This document shows positions 12,778 through 25,895 of a stretch of 64,000 nucleotides of DNA, in pieces. Location: contig OZ193909.1 in NCBI GenBank assembly GCA_964276515.1, forward strand, positions 1,860,001-1,924,000, in the 5' to 3' direction. A program made the translations under genes and the position numbers. Under the pieces are notes generated by a model, which was given only the letters and a program-made list of their open reading frames with translations, was not told the DNA's origin and searched no databases. The stretch comes from Gordius albopunctatus (Eukaryota). How positions within the stretch are numbered: position 1 is the stretch's first letter; each line of letters begins with the position of its first letter.

Positions 12778-13929
12778 TTAGTTGTGATGAAATACTATGG
12801 AGCCTATTTTTTTGACAAAACCTAACACGTATATTTGTAGCTGAATTTCGGCTGGATTGTTAGTGACCTGGAAAGTGGGTACTCCAGCTTTTTCTAGTGT
12901 AACCTGTTGGTCCATAACCTTTTGGTCTAATTCCATGATTATTCTCATATCCATCTTTCTCAATTCTTCTTTTTGTCGATTAGTCATTATCTAAGGTGAA
13001 AAAGCAAAATGTGAGTTTTTGTGTGAAAGTTGGAAATAGTGAAATATTTTTTTAAAACTATTATAGATATTCTTATTGATAAAATTGTTAGTATAATGAC
13101 AAGCTTGGATTTTAAAAAGGGTAGGCTCGAAAATTTTCACTTTAAATATGTAAAAAATTGATTGTTCTTATAATTTAGAGATCATTTGATTTATTGATGT
13201 TAAAAAAGGAAACTAATATGTTAAATGTATAAAATTATATAGCAAATTTGTTATGCTAAGAGATGGCTAATCATTTATAAAAGATTTTGTGCAATTTAGA
13301 ATAAAACAGAGTTTAAAGCTTAGCTTTTTGAACTTGAATAATAACAAAGAATGTTAATATTGATTGAGTTAAAGTCAAGAAACATGTGAAAAAATTAATT
13401 TTAAGATTTGTTTTAAACAATTATCAAATGGAATATGAAAATTTGTTTTTGCATATGAAATATTATAGTGCATTAAATCACAAAAATTTAATAACATTTG
13501 TATAAAATATATTATCTTCTTTAACCTCAATTTCTCTTGTTTGAGCTGATTGAATACTTGGCACATTAGATGGATTATTAGCATAGCAATCGCTAAGAGT
13601 TTTCTTTTGCTTTTGTTCCATTATTTGTTTTTGTTCTTTAAATAAAAGGTTAAATCCAATGAAAGATACCTTTATGAGCTGCTATTAATTTCATTCTTTG
13701 ACTATAAAGATTTTTTTCAGTTATGTGTTGAATGTCCTGTAATCCCTTAACAATTTCACAAACAGTGCCATCTTTTAAAGATTGAACTAGCTTATCAATA
13801 ATCCCATCTGATATTTTTTGCTGATAATTTCTGTATATTTTACTTTATATTTCTATATTTAGCTCACATAGGTAAGGTAGAATTCATATTTTCGATAAGG
13901 GAAAATATTTCTTCGCTTTTATCATCCAT
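12778..13929 (-). CDS. DGCR6: DGCR6 / gonadal protein gdl family; 4 exons 13929-13868, 13830-13670, 13635-13526, 12990-12778
   Basis: Spliced product MDDKSEE...LKDGTVCEIVKGLQDIQHITEKNLYSQR...QSAQTREIE...ELDQKVMDQQVTLEKAGVPTFQVTNNP matches DGCR6 signature blocks; GT-AG introns keep frame. Confidence 0.92.
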
Positions 13930-15399
13930 TCTATCAATCACATGGCAGCAGATGTCTTTCAGTTAGTCGCAACCAATAAAATTCTATTGTAACCATTTCA
14001 TCAATGACATCCAACATAACCAAGTTAGGAAATGCACATTAAATTCAAATAGACATTATAAATTTTACTGAAAATTAAATTGATAGATTGTATATTTATT
14101 TATAAACTCGTTTTTGAGCTGTCATATACTTAGATTTCGCGCTAGTTTGCATATGAAATATCCTGATAGGTGCCATGTAACAGGCTAAAATTTACTAGGC
14201 ATTAAATATTTATACTCAACGCGTCTATTGCAAAATGCACTTACTACCCAAAAATTATATTTTCTAAACATTATTATATGATTATATCTATTATATAAAG
14301 CAATATTGAATATTGTAAACGCATATTAAGTTATTATAAAGCATTTAATCTAAACTCTGGAAAAAATATACATGCAGCAATAAAAAAGTAAAATTCATTT
14401 ATTATATTCTTAATATGAAAGTAAATATGTTGTGAAGGAATAGGAAGGAGGAGGAAATATAACCGTCAAAACTAAACACTAATCACCTTTTATTACTAGG
14501 AGAGAGCGACAAAACAAATCAAACAATCGTAATCATAAAAAAAAGAACAATAGAACAACTGACTAATATTGTCACACTAGGAATCACAAAATATAAATAA
14601 TACATAAATCGAAATATTATACAAACCTAACCACAATCTTTCAACCCTCAACATATATATACAGCAATAAAAAAGTTAACCTTTATATATTATATGCTTA
14701 ATATAAGTTTTTGCAACCTCATAAAGCGTTTATAACAAACAAGATAATTATAAGCATGCTTTGCAAATTAGAACTACATTGTTGTATATATAAGACGTGT
14801 TATTTAATAAAATTAAATCCATTATAAATACTACCACTTAACATAATTATCTTTTGGTATTCTTATAACATGTGTGCGCGATTCATTTAAATAAACTATT
14901 ATTCATATTCAACATAAATTTTGATAGGCTATAGATTCTAGAGATGTAAAGTTGATATCCAACTTGGACGGAGCATAATAGCTACCATAGGTGTTGGACG
15001 CATAAGCTCTGTCATCAAGAGGGGAAAAATGCTTAAGAGGTTAAGTTGTAACAGCAAATACAAGCTCAAGCAGTAGGAATAAGGCGGGATGAACAACTTT
15101 AAATAAAAGTAGTTTGTGCGAGCAATTGCTGATAACAAGTTGCTCATCCCTTTTTCTCAACGAATGTTTCAAATAATTATGTGACATATCGCAATTAATC
15201 TGCTGAGCTAATGTGTTAATTACTTATGTCTTATGTGACATATCGCCTATCCCCTCTTCCCTATCTCTCTTATGTGTGTAAAGTCTTGGGGAAATATTAA
15301 TTTAACATAATATTAGTTGTAATAATTTATGTGTCTATTTGGTGAAATTTAATAAAATAATAATGCTGATTAGGTGTCAATACTTTAATTTGAACTAAA

Positions 15400-16100
15400 A
15401 ACAGATATAAGACATCTAAATCCAATATATGTAAATAAAATAAAAATATTTTTGCTATGTTTTAAACCATAAATTTCAAAATCTTTTACCAAAAAAATAA
15501 ATTCACACCTTTAATAAAACTATTACATTGTAACCTGGCTTAAAAACCCATATTAGAAATGTCGAAAAATTTATTAGCATTTGGGTGAGACAGAATATTC
15601 AAAAATTTATATTTAAAACCATAAATCATATTTTGGACATGTATAAAAAATAAATTTCAATATCATTAAGCATATTTTAGCCATATATAAAGAATATTCT
15701 ATAAAGTGAAATTTCCCACTTTTTATAAAACTTTGCACTGTGACCTAGACATAAATATTATTAAATATAAATTTAGAAACATTAAGTCATATTAAGAATG
15801 TCAAAAAAATATTTATACAATAAAATATAATTTCGCCATTTATAAAAAATAAAATTTAAAAATCATTTTAGACATATATAATGAAAATAGAAAAAAGTTA
15901 GTTCGGACCTTTAATAAAATTGTAACATTGACACATGTTCTTAAAAACAATAAAATATAAAGTTAAACCATATTAAAATTTTCAAAAAAAAATTATTACC
16001 AAAATTTTTGGCATGTATAAAAAATATATTTTAAAATCATTAAGCATATTTTAGCCATATATAAAGAAAATTGGAAAAAAATTTTGCCTGAAAAAATATA
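15400..16100. repeat. Degenerate AT-rich tandem repeat
   Basis: Recurring blocks such as ATCATTAAGCATATTTTAGCCATATATAAAGAA (about 15662 and 16036) and CCTTTAATAAAA...ACATTG (about 15508 and 15908). Confidence 0.55.
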
Positions 16101-17103
16101 AATTCATAACAAATAGCCATTGGCGTAGGAAGGGGGTGGTTTTCCGGTTAGAACTCCTCCCATGATATTTAATATATATAATTTTAAAATTCAATATTTA
16201 AAAAAAAGATACGATGGAATTTTATTTTTAGTATTTTATTATTTTTACGCCACTGTCACTTCAAACTTTTAGGAGACAAAACAGTGATAAAAAAATAGTT
16301 ACAAAAAAATTTAAACCCCCCCCCCCCTAAATAGCCATAATTATTGTGGAACAAAAGAATATACTGTGTTAAAACAAAATTGCATCATTTCATGGCAGTT
16401 TAGATAAACTGCTTGCTCATAGCATTTGCTCATATTAAATCGGTTAGTTAACTTTTACTGCTGCTCAGGCACACAGCTCTATACATGAGTTACTTTTTGC
16501 TACTACCCCCTCGCCTGTCGAGCATTTTCATGTGATACTGTATCCTATCATGAGTAGAGTAGGATACACAGTGCTCGTGAGGGGGCAGAGCTCACAGTGA
16601 GCAATGCTCACTGGAGCAAATAAAAATCACTAGTAGATTCTTTGAACGATAGAGCAGTTGAGCAAATGCGGACATTAAAGCATATTTAAACAAAACATTT
16701 ACAAGAAACTAAAACTAATGTTGATCCATACCTCTGACTTAAAAATTTATATATTTACCGGCCCAAAATTATAATAATTATATTTGAACAGCACATTTAT
16801 TTGATATTTTTCCAAATTCCGTTGTATAATTAAGTTCTAGCCATAGACTGTTCTAGCTCCATACTACGCATAGGATTCTTTTGACTGAGCTTTATATAAA
16901 TTTAAGTGAATCACTTTTCTATTGCCTAAATTAACGATGAACAAAAAAATGGCGTTAAATACCTTTATTAAATTATAAAATCTTTATTAAACTACCAGAG
17001 CATTGAATTTACTAGAAATTATCTTAATTTTATGTTCTCATCATAGACTAATTAGTCTATTGTCATCCAAATGTTAACTTGTACCTAATTGACATTCTTA
17101 AAA

Positions 17104-20100
17104 ATGTATAATAATATTGGATTGGCCACAGCTAGAGGTAGTGGAACAAATGGCTATGTACAAAGAAATCTGTCATTTATAAAGAAGACCAAAGAAAAAA
17201 TTGTCTATAAGTATAATTATCTATACTTTTTATAAATAATATTTTAGACCGGTACCGAGAGAAGTTTTGGAAAAATGTATTGTTAAGAAAGCAAATGAAG
17301 AGTTGTTGCTACACGATAACAAACGTAAATTAGAGTTAAAATGCGTTGAGATGAAGGAACTTATGACGGATCAAGGGTATAATATAACATACAGTTATAT
17401 TATTTGTGAAGTTTTTATATTTATATCAACTTGTTTTTATTAATGCATTGCAACTTTATAATTAATTTTTAAATTAGAGTGTTAGGAGTTATTTATTTTG
17501 ATTATAATTTTAATTTTTGAAATGGTTTTCAAAAATATTTATAATTGAATATTGTTTGAGCCTTTTGAGAAATGATCTTTATGCATTTTTACCAACTTTT
17601 AAGAATTTATATCTATATTTGTCTTTGCATTTTGACAACATACAATAATTTAGCTTAATTATATTGATTTTCATCTACCTTATTTAATTAATAAAAATGA
17701 AATATAAATCAACACTAGAAGCTTATTAATGTAGGAGATAAAATGTTTGGATATAAAGGAAAGTCACATGATAAGTTATAAATGTGAAGGCTTAATACAT
17801 ATTTAATCTTCTTCTTTATGAGTTATTTGGTCCCACATTGGTGGGGTTTGTTTTGATAAGTTTCTTCCATCTTGACCGGGTGAGTGTCATGTCTTGACTA
17901 ATCTCTTTAGTTTCCATAACCTTATCGACTTGCCCTCTCCACGTGACACCGGGTCGTCCTCTTCCTCTCTTCCCCGGTATTATCATGTCTAGCACTTTTC
18001 GATTTACGTCATCCGGGTCCCTTCTTAGTATATGCCCATACCACCTTAGCCGATTTTCGTTAATCATGTCCGCCATAGGTTGAATACCCATTTTTGTCAT
18101 GAGAAAGTCATTCGTCATATGGTCGAGCTTAGTATACCCCAAGCTCCACCCTATCATTCTCATCTCTGTGGCTTGTAATGCTTTCCTTCCGTGGTGTTTA
18201 AGGTCTTACAATGGATTTGTAAGCTTTGCTCTTCAACCATATTGGCATTTTCTTGTCACACATTACACGGGATATACTTTGCCATTTAAGGCATCCTTTT
18301 TGGATCCCGGCATTAACTTTCGTTGTGCAACCTCCCTCTTGATGTAGCATCGAGCCGAGGTATGTGAACCTTTCTACTTTTGGGTACTATAGATGGTCAC
18401 TGTTCATTTCCATGTATACCGTTTTTCTATCATTGACCTTTAAACCATATCCAGCTAAGCGCTTTGACCACTTTTCGGCTTCTTCAAATACTTTCTCCCT
18501 TGTTTCCTTGCATTGTACTATATCATTGGCATATAGCTAGAGCCCTGCATGGGCCGCCCGAAGCCCGGCCCGATCAGGTTTTGGCCCGGGCTTCGGGCAA
18601 AATCTTTTAATGTAATCGGCCCTGGGGCTCGGGTCGGGCCTGATGTGGCGGCCCGAACCCGGTCCGAATCGAACTAAAACAAATTAATATCTTATAAAAT
18701 AGGATTTAAATAAAATTCGATATTAAATAATTATTTTTCGCACAGCGTACATTATATAGCTCCCAAACTTTTGCTTTTTCCCCTGTCTATTATTATATAA
18801 CTGACCTAAATTGCAAATCTTATTCAAGTATTTAAATAGATTTATAGTAGCTGTGCTTTAAATGATTAACCGAATAAATTATAATGAGTGAAAAATTTTT
18901 TATTTCAAACTTATCCTAGTTGTAAATACGTGTAATAACAATCTAATGCATTTTATATTAAGATGGTGAAATAATTTTCAAAAATATATTTATCAAAAAT
19001 TTTATTCAAAAAATTGGGTCGGGCCAAAAGAAAAAAAAATCTTTTGGGCAGAAGAAATTTCATTTTGCAGAGCTCTACATATAGCATACACCATGGTGAT
19101 GACTTTTGAATGTCTATCGATAAAAAGGGACTTAAGCCTTGATGTAATCCAATATTAACCCAAAAAGGTTTAGAGTCTCAAACTGTAGTCCTAACGCAAG
19201 AGTTTGAGGCTTCATAAATATTTTTCATAAGCCGTATTAATACGTATATCATATTTATATTTTACTCTTAATGTATTATTTTAAATTTCAACGTGACATG
19301 ATTTCATGAATATTTAATAAAAGTTATCTGACCTCTAATGCAGATGCAAACTATATATTTATATATTTGCCCCTCTAATGACTTTTTTTAAAAATTATCA
19401 TTTATCATTAGATTTGCTGAAGATGAAATTGAAGAAAAAGTGTCTCTCTTTAGAAAAATGTTACTTGAATCCTTGGAAAGCAAAAAAATTTCACAACAAA
19501 CAAATTTTGAAGAAGATGAATTGGGGAGACCTATGTAAATTTGCCAAATTTTATTTCTTTTTGTTATTTATAAATATTTGGCATTAAAAATAAAATTTAT
19601 ATTCTATTTGTATGTTTATTTGTCTTAATGATAAATTTAGTGTGTAAAAGTTCTATAAGTTTATATTAGTTTAATTTATTTTATATTATTCTCATTTTTA
19701 AAAATAATTTTAAATGAAGTCGACATATCTGATTTATACTGATGCTCTCATTTTTTATGAAAAAGGCATTTAATTTAGATGACTCTTTATATGTTAAGTA
19801 CAAAAGGCACTCACCAGTTTTCTGAGGCTGCTAAACGTAAAAATGAAGTCATCAAGAATGCTTTTGGGATTGATGACGATTATCAACCTGGATCAATATT
19901 TTCCAAAATGACCAAAAAAACTGAAAACGAAACTAAAAAGTAATAAAAAAAATTATGCAATTGATACCCGTAAAAAATTAAAAAATTACAGAGTATATTA
20001 TTAATTCATTAATATCATTTCTGGATAGTTAGCAAACTGTTTCAACATCTTCTGACTGGTTTTTATCTGTAATAAGAATACTCTATATATTTCTTAGCGC

Positions 20101-23100
20101 TACAGTAATTATCGTTTGGTATTTTCAGCCACATTTCAAAATCAAAATTAAATTCATAAAATCACTAGCTAATCTAGTTATTTATTTTTCAAGGCCCACA
20201 AAAGATGATGAAAAACCATCAGGTCCAGTAGAAATGGTAATGGAACCCGTGCCTTTAATAACGCAAAAAAGCATCGAGTAAAAGCATATATTTTAAATTT
20301 ATTTTGCTATTTTCTATTCACGTTTAAGGAATTTAAACGTTTTGCCATAAGTTTGAAAGTAAAAGAATATGGCCTATGTAAACATTTTAGACAAGATGTC
20401 TTTACACCAAATTATTTTAGGCGTTAAAATTTTTTTAACCCCCCCCCCCCCCCCTAAATTTTAATATAAATTTTGCTTATTTTTAAATTCTGTATTTATG
20501 TAATTTATATGCATCCTGATGATTCTAGACTTTGAGATTTATTACATGCTACGATAGAGTATTATTATTCAGAAGTCTTTTCGTTTTGTTTTCTCCTTAC
20601 AAAATCGATAAACTTTTTGTTTTGTCTTTAGTATAGCGAATGCCATCGAAGGGTCAAAACAAGTTTCTGATGAAATCTTTCCTCCTTTCCTCAAAACGCG
20701 CACCAAACAAAAGAAAGACGCTAAAAAGGAATCAAAGTATTTCGCAAAACTATTGAATTTTCCATTGTTAACAATAATGTCTTTTTACGATGACTTTAAG
20801 GAAATTATAATAAATTTATTTACACATACATTATAGGAAATCTAAAAAGGAGAAATCGAAGGATAAAGTGTAAGTCGGTATATATTTTTAACTTAAAATT
20901 TAATAACGAGGTTAAATTTATAATGAAAATGAAATTAAATTTCAAATACTTTTATTAAAATTTTATTGATTTTTTAAGGATAACCTATTCCGAAAATGTG
21001 GAAGCCGTACGGGAAGGGAAGAAAAGCAAGAAACACAAGCGTCAACAAAGGTGGGTTTGAAGTGCCCTTTATTTTTTATTTTTAAATAACGAGGTTTATT
21101 GAAATCTAAAATATATTGTTAGCTGGTACAGAAGGAGTTTTCAATTTAACACTGGCATATATATATATATACTTATCATGAGCGTATCCAGGGGGGCAGC
21201 TAGGGGCGGCTGCCCCCCTTTAAATCCAAAAATTTATTAAAATTATGGCTAAAATTTCCCATAAATGATTATTTTGCTCTCCCCCCCCCCTAATTTCAAT
21301 GCTGGCTACGGCCTGGATGCTTAACAACTAATTATACCATTGACCAATAAACGATTTGAAAGTTAAAGTAAGTACCATTAGCTTCCATCTTGAATGGCCT
21401 GCCACTTTTTATTGCGTGCTTCCAAGAGGTGCGAAGTTTATAGAAGGAAGTAGTATTTAATAAAATTAAGTAACAGCCAAATCTAAATTCTTAAATGAAT
21501 TGCACGTGGGCGTCGGGGGGATATAATGATTTAGCGAGGGGCAAAATGATAATTTTTTGAAGGTTTAGCAATAATTTCAATAAATTTCAACTGATTTTTG
21601 GTTTAGAGGGGGGCAGCCGCCCCTAGCTGCCCCCTTGGTTACGCCAATGCAATTGCATGATATAAAGTGTAGGTTCACTTGGTATCCTTAGTGTATGTTT
21701 TTAGAGCGGATTTGGGGTCCGTTCTATTTATAACTTTTTCCAATAATATACAAACAGGCAGGTTAATTTCTCAGACCCGCGTTTATATTAGTTTGATATT
21801 TTTTAATAGTTAAATAATGGTTTCATATAATATTTTTAAAATAGTGAAAGCTCAGCCTCCTCAAGTTCGGAAGAAAGCGATTTTAGTAGCGATGAGAGCA
21901 GTGATGATTCAGAATCGACTGTGGATTCTGAATTTGAACGGGAATTGGCTCTAAAACGCCTCAAAAAGTATTTTTTTTACAAATTTATATGACGTTTTAG
22001 CATGTTTGAAATGTTTTAAAAACGGGAGGGTTTTGCTTGATCGACCTTTTGTTTTAGTCGACTAACCCCGCGTTCGTGATGACGCGCGAAAGCGAAAAAA
22101 AGCGAAGTTAATTTTTGGGCTAATTTATCAAACTTTTAATTTTGTTTATTAATATCTTTATATTCACCGTGAAATTTATCATATGTCAATGGTATTCATT
22201 GATAAGATCGTAATTATTCCTATAAACATATACAATTATATAAAAATACCTATATACCGAATTCAATTATTTAACCATCGCGCGAAAAATACAAAATGAT
22301 TTGTATCTTATTTTCGTTCGGTTTTTGCCGCGGGCGAAAATAATCCCATGTGGTTTCACTATGAACACCTCATATTTACAATTGTTATTTTCGGGATATA
22401 TATGATAGGATTCACGATGAATATAAGATATTAAGAAAAATAATGAAATGTTTGATAAATTAGCACAAAAAATTACTTCGCTTTTTTTCGCTTCGCGCGT
22501 CATCACGAACGCGGGGTCAATATGAAAAAACTAAAGGCTTTTCTAGGTTTATTTAAAATTAAAAATCAGACCAGTGTCGACGGTTAGTCTATTGTATCCT
22601 AAACTGAAGATTTTAAGTTAATAATTTTGATTATCATTAAAGAGTATATTAAATTTATTATTTCGGTAAAATGATTTATAAATTCTCAAATTATTGGTTT
22701 ATTTTATGGTAAAGTATAAATTTTAAAAAAAATTAAAAATAAGTTTGAAAAAATAAGGTCCCACCGAGATTCGAACTCGGATTGTAGGATTCAAAGTCCT
22801 AAGTGCTAGCCATTACACCATGGGACCGTTAGGCTACAAGTTTGAATTTCGAATTATAATACGAGATAGGGGATAATTGTAATGTTTTTAAATTAAAAGA
22901 AATATTTGAAAAAAAAACTTAGACAACAACGAGAACAAAAACGGCAAATCAAGAAGGATTTACATAAGCATGATAAAAAAGTTAAAGGCAGGGATCGTTT
23001 ATCATCTTCATCCATTATCTCACTGTCTCCTGAACAAAGGAAGTTTGAAACTGTAGAAATAGCATCTGATAATGATAGAAATAACCAATCTAGGTATTTA

Positions 23101-23637
23101 TTCATATGTTAGCTCCTAATATTTGTTTAATGACTTTCCTAGTGCTTGGTTTCTAAATTTAGTTTAATGTTATTTTTCTTGAATTATAGAATATTAATTT
23201 TTTTACACTGCTCTTAAATTAAGCATTATTATTTAATTTTGTTAATGTTTGTGATTTTCTCACCAAGGTTTTAAGCAAATATATATTGGCATGTGTATTA
23301 TCTAAAACTTTAAATATTTGTATGTTGAATAAACTTTATGAGAAAATTAGTTTTAAATTTTGTTTTTGCTAAATTTAAATGCTACATTTGTAGAAAACAC
23401 AAAAAGTTGAAGACAAAAGGATCCAAGGATGGAAAGGAAAAATCTTATCATAAACAAGATCATGAAAGACAGCACAAACATACCAACAAAAAAGATGTTA
23501 TTGAGAACAGGCAGAAGCCTAGGGCTGAGCACTATTTCGATATTGATGAAGATAAAATAAAAAAAGATAAGAAAGAGAATAAAAACCATCATGAATCCAA
23601 ATCACACAAGCATAAGGAACGCAAACACCACCATTAA
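17104..23637 (+). CDS. SRRM2: CWC21/SRRM2 (SRm300) family splicing factor, 11 exons, about 443 aa
   Basis: N-terminus [24 protein letters not shown] and cwf21 domain [39 protein letters not shown]. Exons: 17104-17210, 17248-17376, 19412-19534, 19799-19939, 20194-20277, 20632-20736, 20837-20869, 20979-21050, 21845-21967, 22923-23093, 23394-23637. The later low-complexity exons are less certain. Confidence 0.88.
17807..19238 (-). mobile_element. 5'-truncated RTE copy (same family as 5930-8982) in SRRM2 intron 2
   Basis: Aligns to 5930-6900, including the (GAA)n tail and [19 protein letters not shown]; has small deletions and is split by the MITE at 18538-19077. Confidence 0.93.
18538..19077. 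mobile_element. hAT-type MITE
   Basis: TIR TAGAGCCCTGCA / TGCAGAGCTCTA; perfect 8-bp TSD CATATAGC (18530-18537, 19078-19085); GGCCCG subterminal repeats. Confidence 0.9.
22066..22516. mobile_element. MITE with about 50-bp TIRs, piggyBac-like ends
   Basis: CCCCGCGTTCGTGATGACGCGCGAA... and its reverse complement; flanks CTAA/TCAA resemble a decayed TTAA TSD. Confidence 0.8.
22756..22827 (-). tRNA. tRNA-Gln(TTG), antisense within SRRM2 intron 9
   Basis: Reverse complement GGTCCCATGGTGTAATGGCTAGCACTTAGGACTTTGAATCCTACAATCCGAGTTCGAATCTCGGTGGGACCT folds as a 72-nt cloverleaf with A and B boxes; a T6 Pol III terminator follows. Confidence 0.95.
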
Positions 23638-25635
23638 TAATGATTTAATTTTGTATATAACTTATACAGTATGTGCTATCTATAACACTATTGCCAATGT
23701 TTAACTATTTAATGTTTAGTGAGGGTATTGATCTATTGGAGATTGATAAATTAAAGAAATTTTTTCAAATCAATCTACCAATATGAAAATAAACATTTGC
23801 AAAAATTTGATATTATATTTTTTTGTCTATCTTCATCATTTTTAATATTTAAGTCGATAATAAAATTATAAAGTTCTAAGTCTTTTAAAATAATATATTA
23901 AACATCACACATAATTGAATTTCAGATAAAAGTCTCAATTGTGAGGAGATCAAAGCTATTATATTTTCAAAAAAGGTTAAAATATATTTATAGATTTACT
24001 TAGAGTACATATTTGTAAAAAAAACATCGCACTTAATCTTAATAATAACATTTCCTATAATTTAATTTTAGGGGGGAAAGCTTGATTCAATTATAACTAT
24101 TTAATAAACAACAAATCGAAATTTCACATTAATTTATCTAAAGTTTTCTCTGTCGCATTCAATCAGTGATTTATTTATGATTAGAATATAACTTAAATGC
24201 ATATATAAGATTTTTACACAGCGTTGATAACATAAGATCGGTGAATGAAGATAACGAATATGAGCTATGATGTATGTACCAGGGATTATTATTACAGTAA
24301 ATATTATGCATGTTGTACATTTGTTTTAAAAATGAGCAATAAAAAGTATTATGGTGTTGTGACTTGTGGCAAAAACGATTTGCTAAAACACAAATAAAAG
24401 ACATACATCGCTTAGCGATATTTATTATAATAAAACAACATTGCGATAAAATATGGAATCTTTTGATCGAAGTTGCGTCCCAGGTTAAAGGCGAGTTGCC
24501 GATTTCGTGTTTTGATTGTCAACGAGATAGTGATCAAAGATTTGCTAGGCAATAGGATCTCTAGAATTTATATTATACCCTGTCAATTTAACGTTTTCTC
24601 CATCTTTAACCTCAATTTCGGTTTCGTGCAATGGTGAATCTAAGTTGAAATTTGTATAAAAGTTGATATGAAATATAAAATCTAATACCTTGTTCCTAAA
24701 ATGAATTAACAAACATATAAACATAATATTAAGAACATCTAAAGGTTATTTGACAAAAGTTTGAATAGATATGCTAAAATAACGTAGTCGAAATTTCATT
24801 ATCAAATTATAAAAATGTATGCATCACATATTTAGCGTGCAAAACTAGTTGACAAATAAAAATAATTAAGGTTTTTAAGAACTGTCAACCGGCGGTTAGC
24901 AGCTAGTCTTTATGCGGAATCATAAAAAAATTATACATAATCCTAAGTCTCCATTTTATAAAATATAAGTTGGATAAGTGAGCCCATATTAGAGGTCTGC
25001 ATGGGCCGGGCTTAAAATAGAGCAATAAAAAATTGCGGGCCGGGCTTTGAAAAGTAAAAAAAATGATTCAACTTCGGGGAAAAAACTGAAGATGCTAAGC
25101 TAGATGTAATTTTATGGTGGAAAGAACACCGAATTATGCTACAAATAAATTATTTTTTGAACAATACAAAATAGTTTTTATACAAAGAAATAATTTTGAA
25201 ACAACGTAGACTTGTTTTTCCTCGTGCGGGCCTGATGCCGCGCAATTTTTGAGATTTTTTGAGGCCCGGGTGCGGGCCTCAAAAAATGATATTTGTGCGG
25301 GTATGGGCCGGTGTAGGGTTATCAGATTCATATGCGTAATAGAACGCACTAATTGGCTACAAGCGTAAAAGAAAACAAGATCACGTGATTTTCGCCACAT
25401 CGCCATTGGTTATGAACTTTATACAGAACAATTGAACGCGTAGAAAACACTCGTTATGAGATTAATAAACAACTCCAACCATTTTCAAGTAGTCCCATTT
25501 TCCGATTTGGAATTTTGTTAAGTAATATATAACATGTTTTATATAAAGTTTTAGATATTGTGCTTACAAAATGCATAACATTTTTCTGGAAATATGTGAG
25601 GGTTATAAGACATGAAGAGGAGAAATAAATAGTGA

Positions 25636-25895
25636 TGAAGAGTTATTATAACGATGCCCCAACAAACTCTATCAAGGAAATCTGGAAAGTCTGAAGAGTT
25701 ATTATAACGATGCCCCAACAAACTCTATCAAGGAAATCTGGAAAGTCTGAAGAGTTATTATAACGATGCCCCAACAAACTCTATCAAGGAAATCTGGAAA
25801 GTCTGAAGAGTTATTATAACGATGCCCCAACAAACTCTATCAAGGAAATCTGGAAAGTCTGAAGAGTTATTATAACGATGCCCCAACAAACTCTA
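25636..25895. repeat. Perfect 56-bp tandem repeat, about 4.6 copies
   Basis: GAAGAGTTATTATAACGATGCCCCAACAAACTCTATCAAGGAAATCTGGAAAGTCT starts at 25637, 25693, 25749, 25805 and (partial) 25861. Confidence 0.95.

Noticed and set aside
14780..15280. Possible solo LTR (TATA, AATAAA, repeated TGTGACATATCGC)
   Set aside because: Could not define termini or a TSD with confidence.
25636..25895. CRISPR array or coding repeat
   Set aside because: Identical head-to-tail 56-bp units with no spacers; length is not a multiple of three.
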